Virus record (IMG/VR): IMGVR_UViG_3300035703_000034
Span: 32,001-96,000 of that record
DNA: 64,000 bases
DNA from: a virus
Strand: one strand, 5' to 3'
Program-made: the position numbers and the translations under genes
The notes under the pieces: generated by a model
Databases searched by the model: none
What the model was told of the DNA's origin: nothing
What the model saw: the letters and a program-made list of their open reading frames with translations, nothing else
In this document: positions 9,194 to 18,297 of the stretch, piece after piece
Layout: the number at the start of each line of letters is the position of its first letter
Position numbering within the stretch: position 1 is the first letter of the stretch

Positions 9194-10423
9194 ATGTCGA
9201 ACACTGCATGGGATATGTACCAGGCCATGATGAAGCAGTCCGCTGACGCCCTGGTGCCGGGCCAGGTGGGCATGGGGATGACCCCGGGGGTCACGGGCAT
9301 GCTGGACTCGGACCCGATGACGGCCAGCAACTCGGCCATCGCGGCCCAGCGCGCGGCGATGCAAGAAGCCGCCCTGCTCCACGCCAACGCCGACGCCGGC
9401 GCCGGCTACTCGACGCCCGCTCCTGGCACGAGCCCCTCGCTCCAGATGGCCGCGGACGTCAAGGCCGCATCCGTCGTCGACGAGGCCATCAAGTTCGCCG
9501 AGCACGTGTACCTGATGAACAAGCAGGCCGTAGCTTACGTGGAGGGGCCGACCGGCGCGGCCGCCGCGGACGTCGAGGCGGTTCTGCAAAACCGTGCGTT
9601 CTCGCGTCTCGGGGCGGATTACAAGTTTGAGCCCAAGGGCATGATGGCTCAGCTCAAGGCTGCTCCCGGCGCTTGGCTCGAAATGGCCAAGGGTAACCGC
9701 GGCCTGGGGCGGCAAGCGATGGCCATCGGCGGGCCGCTCGCGGCCGTGGGCGCACTCGGCTACGGTGGTTACCATATGATGCAGCCGCCGGCGCCCGAGA
9801 TGCTGCCTCCGGCGCCCGAGATGGAGCCGAAGGCCGCCTTCCAGCTGCCGTTCACCAACTACCACCTCGTGCACCGTCCCACGATGGGTCAGCGCGTGGA
9901 TCGCGCCGTCGAGTTCATGCGGGCCCAGGCGCAGAAGGTCAACAACCCGGCGGGCTACGTCGCGATGGGCGCCACCGGTCTCGCAGGCGCTGCGGGCGGA
10001 GCCTACATGATGGATCCTGAGATGGCGGCGATGAAGTCGGCCGCGGACACGGTGGTCTACGCCAACATGCTGAAGCGCGCGGCTGAGGAAGACGCCGCCG
10101 CGGCTGCGGCAGATGCCGCCAAGCCGGGCTTCATCGACAAGGCCAAGGGGTACTTGAACAGGGGCGTCAACGCGTACGACACGTTCTCGGCCGCGCACCC
10201 CCGCATGGTGCCTGCGGGCGCGCTCGCAGTCGGTGGTGCCGCCGGCTTCGGCGCGGCCCACTACATGGCCCACCAGGCGCAGCTCGCCCAGCAGGCGGCG
10301 GCGGCCGAGCAGGGCCTCGCGGCCCCGCAGAACGAGGCGATGGCCTACATGAAGGCCGCCGCGCTCAACGAGGCGGCCAACGCGGGTCAGCTGATGGCGC
10401 TCCGCCAGCTCGGCCTCGCCTGA
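9194..10423 (+). CDS. Ala/Gly/Met-rich putative internal head polyprotein
   Basis: AGGAGG SD; three glycine-zipper helices separated by KxA sites. Confidence 0.65.
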   Translation: MSNTAWDMYQAMMKQSADALVPGQVGMGMTPGVTGMLDSDPMTASNSAIAAQRAAMQEAALLHANADAGAGYSTPAPGTSPSLQMAADVKAASVVDEAIKFAEHVYLMNKQAVAYVEGPTGAAAADVEAVLQNRAFSRLGADYKFEPKGMMAQLKAAPGAWLEMAKGNRGLGRQAMAIGGPLAAVGALGYGGYHMMQPPAPEMLPPAPEMEPKAAFQLPFTNYHLVHRPTMGQRVDRAVEFMRAQAQKVNNPAGYVAMGATGLAGAAGGAYMMDPEMAAMKSAADTVVYANMLKRAAEEDAAAAAADAAKPGFIDKAKGYLNRGVNAYDTFSAAHPRMVPAGALAVGGAAGFGAAHYMAHQAQLAQQAAAAEQGLAAPQNEAMAYMKAAALNEAANAGQLMALRQLGLA

Positions 10424-10438
10424 TACCGGTCTAAGTAA

Positions 10439-10476
10439 AAACGGCGCGAGGCGAGTAACGTCGGCTCGCGCCGTTT
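10439..10476. terminator. Intergenic hairpin (terminator or processing site)
   Basis: AAACGGCGCGAG...CTCGCGCCGTTT 12-bp inverted repeat. Confidence 0.5.
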
Positions 10477-10491
10477 CTCTAGGAGGCTGCC

Positions 10492-11937
10492 GTGCCCAAC
10501 GATTTTTCGTTCGCGCCCCACGAGAACGACCCCACCGACATCGCCAAAAACCCTTGGAAGCATCACGCCAGCGCCGCCGCCGCCGGCGGGGCGACCGGCG
10601 CTGCCATCGGTACGGCGCTCGGAGCCTGGGCAGGCGCCGGCAAAGGCTTCAAGTCCATGCTCGGGCATGCCGGCGCCGGTGCGCTCTTCGGGGGCGGCCT
10701 CGGCACGGGTCTGGGCTATCACAAGTCCGAAAAGAAGCAGCGAACCGTCGAGCAGGCCTACGGCGCCAACGATCCGTTTGCCATGGACAAGCTGAGTTAC
10801 GACCAGGCCCACGACGCCGGGCGGCAGTTTGCGTGGCGGATGCTGCGCGAGAAGCTGGCGCACCTGGGTCCGCTTGCGCCGCTGGGGCTGCTCGACGGCT
10901 CGCTGCAGGCTCCAGCGCTGCCCCAGGTCCCTAGAGGGAGCACGTTTAACCCCCGCGACTTCGACTTCGACGGCTTGCTGGTGCCCATGAAGCAGACCCC
11001 CGGAGGACGTGTCAGAAACGAGCTTCCGATCGCCTCTGACTGGGCGTCCGTGCAGCGCGGGGGGCGAGGCAAGCCGCGTGTGGTAACGGTGCACCCCAAG
11101 CTGCTGGTGAGTCCCGAGCGGGCTTTGGCGCTGAAACACCAGGTCACACGAAACTCGACGACCGGCGGAGACGCGCTGGCCATGGAGCACGCGGCCAACG
11201 TCGCCCTGGTGGAGGAGCACAACCGGAATGTCCTGAACGCGCACTTTGCCGGGCACCCGCACCGCGCGCACCTCGTGGACTACGTCCTGCAAAAGCACCG
11301 TGAAAATCACCAGGATTACTTTGACTTCGACAGGTTCGAAGGCAACGTGAGGCGCGTGGCCCCGGAGCCGCCGCGCTCGCAAACCGCCGCGCGTACGAGC
11401 GGCGCACCGTCTGGTACACCTGCGCAGGTTTCTCCCGCCGCCGCTGCGAGTGCGTCCACTACGTCCGCGGCGGGCGCTGCGACTTCGACCCCGCATGCAA
11501 GCTCCGGCGCGGCGTCGTCAGCTGCCAGCTCCGCAGCCGGCGCTCCCACTGCCCAGGCCACCGGCGCTCCCACGGCCCAGGCCACCGGCGCTCCCACGGC
11601 CCAGGCCACCGGCGCTCCCACTGCCCAGGCCACCGGCGCTCCCACGGCCCAGGCCACCGGCGCTCCCACTGCCCAGGCCACCGGCGCTCCCACGGCCCAG
11701 GCCACCGGTGCGGCGTCGACCACGCACGGCTCGAACCGTCAGCCACGCTCGGTCGCGCCTCCACAGCAGACCCTCTCAGAAGCAGCGACCGACTTGTGGA
11801 CGAACCACAAAGGCAAGCTCGGCCTCGGCGCCGCGGCGCTGGGCCTCTCGGGTCTCGGCTACTACGCGTACATGCAAAACGAGCGGCGCAACGCCGATCA
11901 GCTGTTCCAGCCGCGCGAAGACGTGATGGGCGCGTGA
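10492..11937 (+). CDS. Glycine-zipper protein with low-complexity tandem repeat
   Basis: AGGAGG SD; N-terminal Gly zippers, (TGAPTAQA)x7, C-terminal Gly-rich helix. Confidence 0.65.
   Translation: MPNDFSFAPHENDPTDIAKNPWKHHASAAAAGGATGAAIGTALGAWAGAGKGFKSMLGHAGAGALFGGGLGTGLGYHKSEKKQRTVEQAYGANDPFAMDKLSYDQAHDAGRQFAWRMLREKLAHLGPLAPLGLLDGSLQAPALPQVPRGSTFNPRDFDFDGLLVPMKQTPGGRVRNELPIASDWASVQRGGRGKPRVVTVHPKLLVSPERALALKHQVTRNSTTGGDALAMEHAANVALVEEHNRNVLNAHFAGHPHRAHLVDYVLQKHRENHQDYFDFDRFEGNVRRVAPEPPRSQTAARTSGAPSGTPAQVSPAAAASASTTSAAGAATSTPHASSGAASSAASSAAGAPTAQATGAPTAQATGAPTAQATGAPTAQATGAPTAQATGAPTAQATGAPTAQATGAASTTHGSNRQPRSVAPPQQTLSEAATDLWTNHKGKLGLGAAALGLSGLGYYAYMQNERRNADQLFQPREDVMGA
11537..11708 (+). repeat. 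24-bp coding tandem repeat, about 7 copies
   Basis: CCGGCGCTCCCAC(T/G)GCCCAGGCCA repeated; encodes TGAPTAQA. Confidence 0.95.
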
Positions 11938-13691
11938 CCGTGGTCGCACCCGACGAACGCATTAAGCAGCGGATTCTGGCTGACCCCTACGGCGAGGCGG
12001 ACGTCATCATCCACCGCTCGCGCGACATCGGCGCGACGGTCGGCAGCGTGGTTCCCATCGTGGGACCCTTGGTGGGCGCGAACGTCGGCCGCGTGCATGG
12101 CATGTACAAGGCGGTGCAGCTGCACGACCAAGCAGCAAAGGAGTATGCGGCGCGGGGCGGTCACCTGAACGTTCTGGCCCGGCACCCGTACGCCACTGGC
12201 CTGGTGTCGACCGCGGGTTTGTTTCCGGTCGGCGCAGGCACAGCGGGGCTCGCCATCGGGCATCAGCTGTCGCGCGCCGCCGTCCCGCAAGACCTCGCCG
12301 CAGCCCGCGCCACCACCGACGACGAGAAGCTGGACCACCCGTACGAGCTGCTGACGCGCAACACCGTCGGCGGCGAGCTCATCGGCGGCGCCCTGGTCGG
12401 AACGGCCGGAACGCTCGCGGGCCGTCACTACGGCCAGACGCACGCCGGTGCCATCAATGCGAGCCTGACGAAAACCGAGGAGCTCGGACGCAAGTTTCTG
12501 GCCGGCGACCTGGGCCTCCCAATCTCGCGCACCCCCCGGGGAATCAACATGCCGGGCAACTTCTGGAAGTACGGCCTCGGCGTGACAGGCGCGGTCACCG
12601 GGTTTGGCGTCGGCGCGGCGCTGGGGTCGGTGCCTGGCATCCTCGGCACCATCAAAGAGCACGGCGAGGCGGCCGCGCGCGCCGAGGCCAAGGGGCAGAA
12701 GCTCCCCTACCTGGTACGCTCGCCCTACCTGGCTTACCTCGGGGCCGGTGCGGTGACCACGCCCATCGGCCTGGGCGGCGCGAAGAACCTCGCCTTTGAA
12801 AACGTCATCCAGTACAAGCGCCAGCAAAAGACCCCGCCCGCCGACCTGTCGGCGGATCTGGGCGGGTTTGCGAGTCATCTGCACCGCACCTACCTCGGAC
12901 AGCCCGAGGCCGCGGTTGCGAAAAAGAAGCCCACCCGCACCAAACGTGCTGCAGCCCACAGTTCCCAAGGAGGAAGCCCGATGCCCAGTCCGCTGCCAAC
13001 CCCGACCGTCGCCGCACCGCCCGGTCCCGTTCCGGTGCAGCCGCAAGGAAGCGCGCTACCCCCCAAGATGCCGTTCATCGTCAGCCATCCGTACCTGGCG
13101 TCAGCCGGCTACAACGTGGCTGGTGGTGCGCTGGGCGCGGGCGTTGGGTCGCTGTCCGGTGGTGTGGCGGGCAAGCTCGTCCGGCCGGTGGCAAACGCCG
13201 TTGAGGCGGGCCTCAACGCCTACGTCAAGACACCCATGGAAGGCCGCTTCAGCGTGCCGCTGCATCTTGCTGCCGCAGCGGCGGCCCGCGGTGCCAACGT
13301 GCTCGGCCGAGCGGCTGAAACCGGCGGACGGCTGGCTGGTGGCGTGGCGGGTGCCGGGGCGGGCCTGCTGGCGGGCGACGTCGCCGCCGTCGCGCACCAC
13401 TTGCATGATCGTTTGGAGTACGCACGGACGTTGCGCAGCGCCGGTCACTCGGACCGGCTGCCGTTCGTGGTCGAGCATCCGTACCTGACACGCGCGCCGA
13501 TGTCCCTCCTCCCGGTCATCGGCCAGTACGGGATCGCGCCCGCTGTGCATTACAACGCGCGCAACGCCTTCGAAGACAGCTTCCGTGAAGCTGCCAAGCG
13601 TCCGGTCGCGCCGACGGAGAAGGCGGCCGCGATGCAGGACGCCTACGCCGCCGGCCGCACGTTTGCCTACCAGCTGGCGCAGCAAGTCTGA
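11934..13691 (+). CDS. Large glycine-zipper repeat protein
   Basis: GTGA overlap with the upstream gene; repeated units with (H/S)PY(L/A) followed by Gly zippers. Confidence 0.65.
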   Translation: MTVVAPDERIKQRILADPYGEADVIIHRSRDIGATVGSVVPIVGPLVGANVGRVHGMYKAVQLHDQAAKEYAARGGHLNVLARHPYATGLVSTAGLFPVGAGTAGLAIGHQLSRAAVPQDLAAARATTDDEKLDHPYELLTRNTVGGELIGGALVGTAGTLAGRHYGQTHAGAINASLTKTEELGRKFLAGDLGLPISRTPRGINMPGNFWKYGLGVTGAVTGFGVGAALGSVPGILGTIKEHGEAAARAEAKGQKLPYLVRSPYLAYLGAGAVTTPIGLGGAKNLAFENVIQYKRQQKTPPADLSADLGGFASHLHRTYLGQPEAAVAKKKPTRTKRAAAHSSQGGSPMPSPLPTPTVAAPPGPVPVQPQGSALPPKMPFIVSHPYLASAGYNVAGGALGAGVGSLSGGVAGKLVRPVANAVEAGLNAYVKTPMEGRFSVPLHLAAAAAARGANVLGRAAETGGRLAGGVAGAGAGLLAGDVAAVAHHLHDRLEYARTLRSAGHSDRLPFVVEHPYLTRAPMSLLPVIGQYGIAPAVHYNARNAFEDSFREAAKRPVAPTEKAAAMQDAYAAGRTFAYQLAQQV

Positions 13692-13696
13692 CGGGG

Positions 13697-13718
13697 TTTT
13701 TCGCGCGCGGCTGATAGT
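13697..13718 (+). promoter_or_regulatory. Putative late promoter (TTTTT-N10-TGATAGT)
   Basis: Motif copy upstream of the protease gene. Confidence 0.6.
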
Positions 13719-13751
13719 TCATGTGGAGCCTGAACCGGCCACGGAGCCAGC

Positions 13752-15137
13752 ATGACCGATCAGCCGTTTGAGAAACGCATCGACCTTGCCCACGACTACC
13801 TCAACGAGGGGGAGTCGCGCGTGGTGCCGCTCGCCGTCTCGTACGGCCAGCTGACCGTCGACGATCGCGCGAGCCGCGGCCACGTGAAGACCGCCGCGGC
13901 CGAAGAGGCCCTGGCTGCCTGCGCCAACGTCAAGCCGCAGGCCGACCGGGTCTACGCGCTCGTCATCGGGCTGGGTTCTTCCGAGTTCTGGGGCGTCAAC
14001 AACAACGGCGACAGCTTCCCGGAGAACGCCCTGCTGGGCCTGCCGCCGGTCGACTCGCCGATGGCGTTCTTCGACAAGTACAAGGCGCGCATCCGGCCGG
14101 GCTGGGGCTACAAGACCTTCCTCAAGGGCCACGTCTTCGAGGAGCACCGCAACTCCAACCCGCGCTTCGCCATCGGCGGCATCCAGGACACCTTTTGGAA
14201 CAACCGCATGCACCGCGTCGAGAACCTCATCTGGATCGACCGGAAGAAAGGCAAGAAGTGGGCCGAGCGCCTCGACGCCGGCAAGACGATCGGCACGAGC
14301 ATGGCCTGCAAGGTGCCCTTCGACCGCTGCAGCCTGTGCAGCAACCTCGCGCCCACCCGCGCGCAGTACTGCCCGCACCTCAAGCCCGGCACCAGCGCCT
14401 ACCAGCTGCGGCAAATTCGCGACGACGGCCTCGCCGTCAGCATGATCAACGACTTCCCGCACTTCTTCGACGAGAGCTGCGTGGAGAACCCGGCCGCCCC
14501 CGAGGCGCTTTCCATCATGAAGGTCGCTAGCGACGCGGCCAAGGTCGCGGCCCGGAAGCAGGCCGAGCTGAAGAAGACCGGGCCGGACCTCCCGCTCGAC
14601 GTGATGCTCGACGACGTCAAGCAGCTCTACCAGTCCGAGCCGCACCTGCCCGCCTCCGTGATCGACAAGCTGCGGCAGTTCCCGCTGACGGACGTCACGG
14701 CCGGGCTCAAGAAGCTCGGCATGGCGCTGCGGCCCTCCGAGATGTTCGCGCTGTGCTACGGGGCGGACGCGCTGCCGACCAAAGTGGCGCGCGACCTCGA
14801 CGACCAGGTCTGGGTGGCGCCCGTGCGCGACGGCTACGACCCGCGCCTCGCCGAGGCGGCCCAAGTGAAGATCGCGAGCCTGCCGGACCCCCGCGCCACC
14901 CAGCGCGTGGTCGACCTGCTCACGCCCTTCGCCACGAAGCGCAGCTACCTCGAGCCCTACCTGACGCCCCGGCTGATGCAGACCCCCGTCAAGGCGGCCC
15001 ATGCGATCGTGGCGCGGCCCGACCTGCAGCCCTACCTCGATGCCTACCACGGCCTGTACAAGCGTGCGAGCGGCGAGTTCGGCTACGGCGCGACCCAGCT
15101 GTACGCGACCTACCAGGGCCTGCACGGAGCGTGGTGA
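13752..15137 (+). CDS. Prohead (capsid maturation) protease with Zn-finger insertion
   Basis: NNNGDSF, HVFEEH, TSMAC (catalytic Ser context), CSLC...CPH, FFDESCVENPA; assemblin/HK97-type motifs upstream of scaffold and capsid genes. Confidence 0.7.
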   Translation: MTDQPFEKRIDLAHDYLNEGESRVVPLAVSYGQLTVDDRASRGHVKTAAAEEALAACANVKPQADRVYALVIGLGSSEFWGVNNNGDSFPENALLGLPPVDSPMAFFDKYKARIRPGWGYKTFLKGHVFEEHRNSNPRFAIGGIQDTFWNNRMHRVENLIWIDRKKGKKWAERLDAGKTIGTSMACKVPFDRCSLCSNLAPTRAQYCPHLKPGTSAYQLRQIRDDGLAVSMINDFPHFFDESCVENPAAPEALSIMKVASDAAKVAARKQAELKKTGPDLPLDVMLDDVKQLYQSEPHLPASVIDKLRQFPLTDVTAGLKKLGMALRPSEMFALCYGADALPTKVARDLDDQVWVAPVRDGYDPRLAEAAQVKIASLPDPRATQRVVDLLTPFATKRSYLEPYLTPRLMQTPVKAAHAIVARPDLQPYLDAYHGLYKRASGEFGYGATQLYATYQGLHGAW

Positions 15138-15454
15138 TGCGCCCTTACGAAGCGTACTGGCTGCACAAACAGGCGAGCGACGGCGTCGACTGGCACGCCC
15201 TGCGGCAGAAGACCCACGACCACCTGCACGCCGCCCAAGCGTACTGGCAAGCCAACAAGCCCGCGATGCTGCGCTCGACGGCGAACAACCTGATGTACGG
15301 GCTGCTCACCAGCCGGGCGACAGGGCCGGTCTCGCTGGTCGGCTCGAGCACGGGCGGCGTCATCGACGGCATGCTGTTCCGGCCCGCGACGGACGCCACG
15401 ATCAACCTGGTGGGGACGGGCTTACGAAAGTTTTACGGTTTGGGTGAAAAATAG
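15137..15454 (+). CDS. Small protein with KxA leader
   Basis: TGATG coupling; begins MRPYEAYWLHKQAS. Confidence 0.6.
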   Translation: MRPYEAYWLHKQASDGVDWHALRQKTHDHLHAAQAYWQANKPAMLRSTANNLMYGLLTSRATGPVSLVGSSTGGVIDGMLFRPATDATINLVGTGLRKFYGLGEK

Positions 15455-15496
15455 GCCAACGACGATAATTCATTTGGCAAAAGGAGGATTCGCGGC

Positions 15497-16039
15497 ATGT
15501 CGAGCACCTACATCCAGAGCCTGATCGACGAGATCACGGCGAGCCAGGCTACGAAGCTGGCGTCCGATCACGAGAAGGACGAGAAGCACGAGAAGTCCGA
15601 CAAGAAGGACGACAAGTCCGACAAGAAGGATCGCGGCCGCGAGTTCTTCGAGAAGATGCGCGGCAAGAAGGACGACGAGAAGAAGGCGGCGGTCAAGACC
15701 GCGGCCGAGCGCGCGGCGTTCGACCTGTTCGCCGAGGTCGCGGACCTCCCGGACGATCTGCGCAAGCTGGCGGCCATGGAGGCGGAGGCGGAGTTCTTCG
15801 CCGACCTGCAACGGCAGCAGGCCTTCGGCTTCGGCGGCGCCGCCAAGCAGGCGAGCGACGACGAGTACGCGGCGCTGTTCAACGAGGTCTTCGAGGCCCA
15901 CACGGCCAAGCTGGCGTCGTTCGACCCGGACTACGCCGTGATGCTCGCCGAGGAGCAGCAGAAGATGGCGTTCAACCAGGGCTTTGAAGACGCCATGGCC
16001 GAGCTGCAGGCGCAGATCAACCCCCTGTCGCAGTTCTGA
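15497..16039 (+). CDS. Scaffold/core-like protein, paralog 1
   Basis: AAGGAGG SD; charged and helical; shares LF..xFE.xTxKLA..DPxYA.ML with the next two genes. Confidence 0.65.
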   Translation: MSSTYIQSLIDEITASQATKLASDHEKDEKHEKSDKKDDKSDKKDRGREFFEKMRGKKDDEKKAAVKTAAERAAFDLFAEVADLPDDLRKLAAMEAEAEFFADLQRQQAFGFGGAAKQASDDEYAALFNEVFEAHTAKLASFDPDYAVMLAEEQQKMAFNQGFEDAMAELQAQINPLSQF

Positions 16040-16049
16040 GGAGACCTCC

Positions 16050-16286
16050 GTGAAGACGATCGATCAGGCCGTGGCGGAGAACGCCTACTGGGATCAGCTG
16101 GTGCAGAAGCAGGCAGCTGATACTTTCTACAGCGATCTTTTCGACGCGGCGTTCGAGCGCCAGACCGAAAAGCTCGCGGCGCTGGACCCCGACTATGCCG
16201 CGATGCTGTTCCAGGAGCAGCAGAAGCAGGCATTCAACCAGGCTTATGCCGAGACCCTGGCCCAGGCTCAGGCAACAGCTTGGTAG
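16050..16286 (+). CDS. Scaffold/core-like protein, paralog 2
   Basis: GAGGAG SD, GTG 16050; DLFDAAFERQTEKLAALDPDYAAML. Confidence 0.65.
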   Translation: MKTIDQAVAENAYWDQLVQKQAADTFYSDLFDAAFERQTEKLAALDPDYAAMLFQEQQKQAFNQAYAETLAQAQATAW

Positions 16287-16299
16287 AAGGTGACTTGAG

Positions 16300-16533
16300 A
16301 TGTCCGTCTACCACCAGATGATGATGCAGCTCCACGAGCAGGAGCTTGCCAAGCAGGCCGCCATGGCGGAGGCCGTCGACACCGAGGCGCTGTTCGACGC
16401 GGCGTTCGAGGCCCACACGGCCAAGCTGGCTGCGCTCGACCCCGCCTACGCGGCGATGCTGCACGCCGAGCAGGAGAAGACCGCGGCGTTCGAGGCCGCG
16501 TACTACACCACGCTGCAGGCGCTGGGAGGCTAG
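16300..16533 (+). CDS. Scaffold/core-like protein, paralog 3
   Basis: ALFDAAFEAHTAKLAALDPAYAAML. Confidence 0.65.
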   Translation: MSVYHQMMMQLHEQELAKQAAMAEAVDTEALFDAAFEAHTAKLAALDPAYAAMLHAEQEKTAAFEAAYYTTLQALGG

Positions 16534-16536
16534 ACC

Positions 16537-16746
16537 ATGAGCTGGGAGCACGAGCGCCACGCGCGGATCCAGGAAGCCACGGCCATGCTCAAGGCGGCCC
16601 GCGACGTGCTCGAGCACGCGCTGCCGCTCGTCGAGACCGGCGGCATGGACCCCGCGCAGGCGATCCTGGCAAAGAAGGCCAGCATCTACAAGAACCTGAA
16701 GTACGCCGACCTCGCGCAGGCGTACCGGTCCGCACAGGGACACTGA
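16537..16746 (+). CDS. Small hypothetical head-associated protein
   Basis: 69-aa ORF in the operon with KxA motifs. Confidence 0.55.
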   Translation: MSWEHERHARIQEATAMLKAARDVLEHALPLVETGGMDPAQAILAKKASIYKNLKYADLAQAYRSAQGH

Positions 16747-16747
16747 C

Positions 16748-17689
16748 GTGTCAGGGCCCGTCTCGGCCGATCTCCACCGGTTCATCGTCAACCCGGAGAA
16801 CAGCAGCCTCGTGCTGTCGGCCGCGCGGCACCTGCTCTACCGCCCGGCAGACTTCCTGTACACGAAGCTGCGCGGACTGCCCGCAAACCCCCGGGGCAAC
16901 CTCTGGCACGGCCTGAACCCCGAAACCTGGGGCGCGGGCCTGGCGCGCGCAGGGGAGCGCGCCGACGCGTCGCTCGGACGCATGACGGGCGGCACGCGCA
17001 AGGAGATGGTCACGCTCAACCGCGACCACCTGCAGCGCATCGGCGACACGCTCGCCGACTGGGAGCGCCGCCCCGACATGAAGGCGCACGCCGGCCGCGT
17101 GCGCAAGCAGTTCGATGATCTGCTGCACCAGCACCACGCGCCCGGGACCACCTTGGACCAGGTGCTTCAAAACAGTCGCAGTGCTGATAATTACAAGGTA
17201 ACGCTGCACGACGTGCTTTTGCCGTCCGCCACGGGCGAGGTCGGCAAGACCGTCAAGACGATCGCGGCCGACGGTGCGGCGCTGTACGGGTCGGCCGAGA
17301 TCGTGAACCAAGTCAACCGGGTTGCCAACCAAAAGACCCCATCGGAGGACCGTATGTCAGACATGGCCGCCGTCAAAGCCGCCCTCGAGCAACTCGAAAA
17401 GGCCGCGCGGATCCTGGAAGAGATCCCTGCCCGCGACCGCGCGTACAAGCAGGCTTCGAGCCTGTACCAGCACGGCGCGATCATGGAGCACGAGGTCGAG
17501 AAGTACGCCGCGCTGTTCTTCGAGAACCCGGACAGCGCCGACGTCGTGGCCCAGGGCTTGCTGCGCAACAGCGCGAGCGAGGTCAAGTCCGCGCGCCTGG
17601 GTGAGGTGGTTTCGGGCAGCTCCGCGTCGACGGGGGGCTCTCGTTATTCGAGTTTCGATGCCATGTGCCTCGAAGGGCTTACCAAATAG
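16748..17689 (+). CDS. Hypothetical protein; C-terminal part (from ATG 17354) likely a separately translated scaffold-like product
   Basis: Internal TGATAAT at 17185-17191 and GGAGGA SD before in-frame ATG 17354. Confidence 0.55.
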   Translation: MSGPVSADLHRFIVNPENSSLVLSAARHLLYRPADFLYTKLRGLPANPRGNLWHGLNPETWGAGLARAGERADASLGRMTGGTRKEMVTLNRDHLQRIGDTLADWERRPDMKAHAGRVRKQFDDLLHQHHAPGTTLDQVLQNSRSADNYKVTLHDVLLPSATGEVGKTVKTIAADGAALYGSAEIVNQVNRVANQKTPSEDRMSDMAAVKAALEQLEKAARILEEIPARDRAYKQASSLYQHGAIMEHEVEKYAALFFENPDSADVVAQGLLRNSASEVKSARLGEVVSGSSASTGGSRYSSFDAMCLEGLTK

Positions 17690-17694
17690 GGGCC

Positions 17695-17716
17695 TTTTTT
17701 CAAAACGGCTGATAAT
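17695..17716 (+). promoter_or_regulatory. Putative late promoter (T6-N9-TGATAAT)
   Basis: Motif copy upstream of the decoration and capsid genes. Confidence 0.65.
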
Positions 17717-17745
17717 CCCGTTAACGGCGTAAGGAGATCAAAGCT

Positions 17746-18276
17746 ATGACCATCAGTTTCGGTAAGCCCGGACAACTGCGAAAGACGTTCAAGGACGCCA
17801 AGCTGGAGATCCAGGGCGGCGTGTACTTCCGTCACGCGTGTCCGCTGGTGGACGCCTTCAACAAGGCGAACCTCAAGGACGGGCTCTTCCTGGCGGCTGC
17901 CGCGGGCGGCAAGTTCGACGTGGCCGCGGACGCGAACCGCGCGCTGTACCTGATCTTCACCTCGAACTCCGAGGTGATCATCTCGCAGCCGACGTCGGCG
18001 GACGACTTCCCCGGCGACGACCGCACGGACGCTCCCACGGGCCTGTTCGGCTCCGTGCAGGCCGTGTGGCCGATCGAGCTGCTGCACACGGGTGCGCGTG
18101 GCACGGCGACGGTGGCGCTCAACAGCTACGCCGTCGGCACGGCCCTGACCGTCGTGAACGGCAGGCTGTGTCCCGCCAACGTCGGAGGCATCACGGGGGA
18201 CCGGATCGTCGGTTACGTCGAGGCGGAGCCCTCGGTGACCGGCACCAACTCCGTGCAGTGCCGCGTGTCCCTCTAA
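17746..18276 (+). CDS. Head decoration/cement protein (putative)
   Basis: Beta-rich 176 aa immediately before the capsid gene; YAVGTALTV..G.L pattern. Confidence 0.55.
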   Translation: MTISFGKPGQLRKTFKDAKLEIQGGVYFRHACPLVDAFNKANLKDGLFLAAAAGGKFDVAADANRALYLIFTSNSEVIISQPTSADDFPGDDRTDAPTGLFGSVQAVWPIELLHTGARGTATVALNSYAVGTALTVVNGRLCPANVGGITGDRIVGYVEAEPSVTGTNSVQCRVSL

Positions 18277-18297
18277 CCGTTCCGGAGGCTTAGGATC

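Noticed and set aside
11537-11708. CRISPR array
   Set aside because: Contiguous in-frame repeats with no spacers; no cas genes
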